From positions 1 through 10,456 of the forward strand of contig CAZFGR010000040.1 of the NCBI GenBank assembly GCA_964518475.1: DNA of 10,456 bases, written 5' to 3'. The DNA comes from an uncultured Nitrososphaerota archaeon (GTDB lineage: Archaea > Asgardarchaeota > Njordarchaeia > Njordarchaeales > Njordarchaeaceae). Each line of letters starts with the position of its first letter. The stretch's first letter is position 1. A program made the position numbers and the translations under genes. This document shows positions 6,831-10,456 of the stretch, one piece after another. The notes under the pieces are model-generated. The model saw nothing but the letters and a program-made list of their open reading frames with translations, was not told where the DNA came from and ran no database searches.

Positions 6831-8918
6831 ATGTACTTCAAGCCATCATTTATAAGAATTCGTCAAAGCATACTGGATGTCCAGGCTATTGTAATCCCTA
6901 ACATCTCCAGGCTTAGTGGTATTAGGTCTATGGACGTCCAACGTTTCTTCAGATCGAATAATTTACCCACAATTGCCTCTAAGCAATATATTGGTTTTCT
7001 CCCTGTTGCAAAGCGTAGTGATGAAGGCTTAAAGATGGTAGAACGAAATCTTCAACATCTTAGTTTTTTGATCAAAAACAAGAAGGTTAGGTCCATTCTT
7101 AAGGATATTATGGAAGATTTGGAGTTTATGCCATTAAGAGAGCTAATTGATATATATGATAAGCATTGGATAAATGTCGTTGATGTCCTAAAGAAATCTT
7201 TTCTAAACGGTTTTCATGCTTGGGGATTGTTAAATAATGGTAGAATTATGAGTAATCTAATTGATCCTAAATTGGGAATAAGCTTTGATGTATCCTTGTT
7301 TTTGAAGTTTCTGCGTCTCCCACCAGATTTTCCAATCGTAATGGTTTGTAGACCAAAAGCTATCGGAGAAAAATCTGGGGAGCGGGTTACATTAAGTAAA
7401 GCTGGAAAAGCTCTTGTGCTCGAGAAGTTTGAGGAATTTAAATCGAAGCTTAAAAAGATCTCATTCTACGTCGGAGGGACTAAAATTGATCTATCTAAAG
7501 CAGAAGAATTTGAGGACGTTATTCATTTAAAGGAAGACTCTATTGAAATTCCCTCAAACGAGAAAGTGCCGACTTTCTTAGAGATTCATCGCGCTATTAT
7601 CGATGAATTAGTTTACTCCGCTACCATTAAGCGATTATATCATTATGGGGAAGAGCAAAAAGAACATCCATATCGTGATTTGCAGAATCTTCTGCCTTAT
7701 GACTTATCCTTTAAAAAGTTCAGAAAAATCCGTATGATATTCGCTATCTCTTCTAACGAAAATGAAAAAGTAAAGGACCTGTTTCAAAAGTTTTACAATG
7801 CAATTGAGGAAAGTCCAAAAGATATGTTAAGGTTTCTTGGTGGCTCTGAAAAACTCGGGGATGTTCTTAATCTCAAGATTGTGGATGATATCATCGAGTT
7901 TAATTCTGTGGACGATCTCATCAACGATCTCAAACAAACTGCCCGTCCATTAAGTGTTGCTCTAAGTCAGGAAGAAGCTGACATTATAATTATTGGCACA
8001 TCAGCTTATAGGGGAGCTCCACGAAAATCTGGGGCTAAAGAAAAGTATGATGCGGTTAGAAAGAAGTTATTAGAAAATGGTTATGCGAACCAGTTTATAT
8101 CTTATTATTCTGCGTCTGGAAATCCAGCGGGTCTTTTAGCACAATTTGAGCGTGGAGGCTCTAGTTATGAGTTCTCGCTTGGGAATTTTATGTTAAATGT
8201 GTATTGCAAGGTTTCTGGGAGACCTTGGGCTGTTCGTCAAGATCCAAGTTCTGCAGCACATGCAATCATTGCATTAGGTTTTGCTAAAAGTGATGATAAT
8301 AAATTCGGCATAGGAGTATCCGTCGTTATTGATGAGTATGGGGATCTAATACAAATAAGCTCATGGGATCTCCCAGACTCAGTACTACGTTCTAAAAACC
8401 TCTTCGTTGATAAAGGTAAAATGAAGGACATAATATTACGTGTTGCAGATAATATAGCACACAATAAGAAATATCTGTCAAGGATTAGCCTTACAGTATA
8501 TAAATATGGTCGCTTCTCTGAGGATGAGCTCCAAGGTATGCGTGATGCGGTTGATGAGTTGAGTTCATCGGAGCTTCGAATATCACCTATTTCTGTTCAG
8601 AAAGAGAGCATATATCCATATTCCTCTAAGAAATATGTTAGACTCACGAATCGGAGTGTTCTTTTTAGTCCTCTCAAAAATGCTTATGCATCCGTTGCGA
8701 TACTTTGGCCTTTAGGGAGTGATTATGATTACTTTTCTGATTTAGGGGGTATGGTCAATAACATTGAGGCCTTATTGAGACTACATTGGCAGACTCTCTG
8801 GACTAGAATACGTCGATTAGCAATTTTAAAGGCTGCGAACAGAATTGCTCGAGATCGCTTGAATGGTTATAGTTTGCCCTCTGATCCAGCGTTGATAAAG
8901 ACTCCGTGGTTCATTTGA
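6831..8918 (+). CDS. ago: Prokaryotic Argonaute (PIWI-domain protein), predicted catalytically inactive, long-B-like
   Basis: 695 aa. MID 5'-end pocket pattern KY(406)DAVR(410)KKLLENGYANQ(421)FI and MID/PIWI junction N(452)FMLNVYCK(460)VSGRPW (cf. the generic 'N..l.i.aKlGG.PW'). PIWI strands AIIALG(483)FAK...GVSVVIDEYG, LTVYKY(559)GRFSEDE and ISVQK. C-terminal LLRLHWQT...LAILKAAN(670)RIA and terminal PWFI. The Asp positions of the GxD and RDG motifs are replaced by Gly and Tyr. Confidence 0.88.
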   Translation: MYFKPSFIRIRQSILDVQAIVIPNISRLSGIRSMDVQRFFRSNNLPTIASKQYIGFLPVAKRSDEGLKMVERNLQHLSFLIKNKKVRSILKDIMEDLEFMPLRELIDIYDKHWINVVDVLKKSFLNGFHAWGLLNNGRIMSNLIDPKLGISFDVSLFLKFLRLPPDFPIVMVCRPKAIGEKSGERVTLSKAGKALVLEKFEEFKSKLKKISFYVGGTKIDLSKAEEFEDVIHLKEDSIEIPSNEKVPTFLEIHRAIIDELVYSATIKRLYHYGEEQKEHPYRDLQNLLPYDLSFKKFRKIRMIFAISSNENEKVKDLFQKFYNAIEESPKDMLRFLGGSEKLGDVLNLKIVDDIIEFNSVDDLINDLKQTARPLSVALSQEEADIIIIGTSAYRGAPRKSGAKEKYDAVRKKLLENGYANQFISYYSASGNPAGLLAQFERGGSSYEFSLGNFMLNVYCKVSGRPWAVRQDPSSAAHAIIALGFAKSDDNKFGIGVSVVIDEYGDLIQISSWDLPDSVLRSKNLFVDKGKMKDIILRVADNIAHNKKYLSRISLTVYKYGRFSEDELQGMRDAVDELSSSELRISPISVQKESIYPYSSKKYVRLTNRSVLFSPLKNAYASVAILWPLGSDYDYFSDLGGMVNNIEALLRLHWQTLWTRIRRLAILKAANRIARDRLNGYSLPSDPALIKTPWFI

Positions 8919-8928
8919 GTGATGATGT

Positions 8929-10197
8929 ATGAAATTGTTGCTGGAAATTCTAAACATGATAAAGGATGGAAATGAGCTCTTCAAAAAGTGGACTAATAAG
9001 AACAAATCGCAGATCAGTAATCTTATTATGAGTATCTTATCAAATATCGAGGATAATCTTACACGCAAAAGCAATGAATTATATTATGGATTCAGAGAAT
9101 TCTTCAGAGACTCAATTGCTTTAATGATGTATGCTATGGGATTCCATCTCGTATTTGGATGTGATGAGATTATTGCCAAGATAAAACGTTTAACCAGGTT
9201 GCTAGAAGATAAAGCGAGAATATTACATCTCACGGACATTAACTATTTTAGGGAAATCCTAGAAAATCTTGATAAAATTTATAGCAAGTACAAAGATCCT
9301 TCGTCGATAAGCCCTCCAGACGTAAATGATCCTTATTTCCACTATGATTATGTCCTTAAATTATATCATAGCTTTCTCACAGCTTTGGATTCGGAGGAGG
9401 CTGAAAACTTTATTTCCCGTTATTTAATACCTATAAACAGGGTGTTTGCATACACGATAGATCTGGCCTCTGACCTACGAGCCGAGATGAATAAGGGGGC
9501 ATTTTTAACGGAGAGAAATTGCTTTCTCGTCACTGGAATATGTAATCTATTACTCAATTTATTACAAAAAATCCTCAGTAAAGCCTCCAAATTGTTTACC
9601 AAAATGTGCGTGAAAACTTTAAGCAACAATCGTTTCTGGGAGAACTTAAAGTCACTTCAACAGAATGAGCACAAAATATTAGAAAATCTAAAATGCTTAG
9701 GAACCGCTCTAAAAGATGCAAATACTACCTATGTGGGTGCCGCATTAGTTAATGTAGAACTCTCTGATATCGAATTTGACGGTTATATAGAGGTTCTTGG
9801 GGAGGAGCCTTCTGGACAGAGAAGACATTACATAATTATGATTATTGAATGCAAGCTTGAAATGTTTTCTGAGGACTATTCGGAAAGCGATCGAATAAAA
9901 ACCCAAGCAAAGAGACATTTAAAGGTTATAAGGGAGAAAATAGTCCCTTACTTCAAGCTTCTATATAGAAATCCGCCTTTAATCGCATATTTTCTTCTAG
10001 TGAATCGTGAGTTGTCTAAAGAAATAAAAGATATTTTAAAAGAATTAGAAAACGAATTTACAGGCGAAGATTATAAAATATGTGTTAGTTTTCTTACTCA
10101 TAAAGCTCTAGAACGCGCTGTTAGGAAGTATAGCGGCTTTTCTGACGACTTAATTAATTTCTTTTTCTCGAGCATGATAGGGGAACGGGATCATTAG
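8929..10197 (+). CDS. Putative pAgo-associated effector: unknown helical N-terminal region plus C-terminal PD-(D/E)XK (Mrr/REase-like) nuclease domain
   Basis: 422 aa, starting 10 bp after the pAgo stop with an SD-like GAGTGA. The C-terminal ~180 aa show helix NE(247)HKILENLKCLG, strand DIE(282)FD(284)GYI, IMIIE(307)CK(309), helix ...KTQ(326)AKRH, then strand AYFLLVN, helix SKEIKDILKE, strand ICVSFL and helix KALERAVRKY. This order and these residues fit the restriction-endonuclease-like fold. Confidence 0.7.
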   Translation: MKLLLEILNMIKDGNELFKKWTNKNKSQISNLIMSILSNIEDNLTRKSNELYYGFREFFRDSIALMMYAMGFHLVFGCDEIIAKIKRLTRLLEDKARILHLTDINYFREILENLDKIYSKYKDPSSISPPDVNDPYFHYDYVLKLYHSFLTALDSEEAENFISRYLIPINRVFAYTIDLASDLRAEMNKGAFLTERNCFLVTGICNLLLNLLQKILSKASKLFTKMCVKTLSNNRFWENLKSLQQNEHKILENLKCLGTALKDANTTYVGAALVNVELSDIEFDGYIEVLGEEPSGQRRHYIIMIIECKLEMFSEDYSESDRIKTQAKRHLKVIREKIVPYFKLLYRNPPLIAYFLLVNRELSKEIKDILKELENEFTGEDYKICVSFLTHKALERAVRKYSGFSDDLINFFFSSMIGERDH

Positions 10198-10402
10198 AAT
10201 TCTTTCAATTGTTATCATTCCCTAAGGTTATCTCGTACTCTGATGCATCCTTAGTCAAAGCGATTATGCTTAATTCCTTGACAATTACTGAGCTTTGTTA
10301 CTCATTCGCCTTTCAACTACCTGATTAATCATTATGCTTCCTTAAATAATTACTAGAGTACTCTATATTACTGGTGTCGCATAGTAAAGCGAGACTGAAA
10401 CC

Positions 10403-10420
10403 GACCTTCGTTTGAAGGTC
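10403..10420. other. Short stem-loop (GACCTTC-gttt-GAAGGTC) in downstream non-coding DNA
   Basis: Perfect 7-bp stem with a 4-nt loop, seen directly in the sequence. Function unknown, and there is no adjacent poly-T tract. Confidence 0.3.
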
Positions 10421-10456
10421 AATATGTAGGGAAGAGGTTGGGGAAAGGGTTAGGGC

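Noticed and set aside
6831-8918. Active long-A slicer Argonaute (PfAgo/MjAgo-like) or classical short pAgo
   Set aside because: Two catalytic Asp positions are substituted (G483, Y559), which argues against a slicer. The ~280-aa N-terminal extension and the lack of an upstream APAZ-fused gene argue against a classical short pAgo.
9109-9165. Hydrophobic stretch SIALMMYAMGFHLVFGC in the 422-aa protein as a transmembrane helix (Aga2-like membrane effector)
   Set aside because: A single, short, moderately hydrophobic segment containing His, more consistent with a buried helix. A TM predictor would settle it.
8237-9629. Small - strand ORFs (8237-8464, 8826-9074, 9420-9629)
   Set aside because: Antisense shadows of the pAgo and nuclease genes, with no independent support.
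10190-10360. Possible degenerate CRISPR array (CTTTCAA.. resembles the reverse complement of archaeal repeat ends ATTGAAAG, and there is a ~68-bp spaced imperfect repeat)
   Set aside because: Only 7-9 bp matches. The two CTTTCAA copies are 108 bp apart and diverge immediately, there are no three near-identical repeats, and no cas genes are in the window.
1-10456. tRNA/rRNA genes, integrase, transposase or att sites
   Set aside because: None recognisable. Nearly all of the window is accounted for by six CDSs.

Overview
This window is a defence locus, most likely from an archaeon, inferred from GGTGA-type ribosome-binding sites, TATA-like boxes and K/E/I-rich proteins. The minus strand carries a complete Type I restriction-modification operon (hsdM-hsdS-hsdR). 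It is followed by a YgjP/DUF45-like HExxH metallo-hydrolase that runs off the left edge and is missing from the ORF track. HsdM has an extra N-terminal winged-HTH-like domain. Across a 131-bp palindrome-rich spacer lies a divergent, more AT-rich two-gene operon. The first gene encodes a 695-aa prokaryotic Argonaute with a recognisable MID-PIWI half and a substituted catalytic tetrad, so it is predicted to be non-slicing (long-B-like). The second, 10 bp downstream, encodes a 422-aa protein with an unrecognised helical N-terminal region and a C-terminal PD-(D/E)XK (Mrr/REase-like) nuclease domain. This inactive-pAgo plus nuclease pair, set head-to-head with a Type I R-M system, is the best candidate for an undescribed system. 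All domain calls were made by reading motifs by eye; no searches were run.
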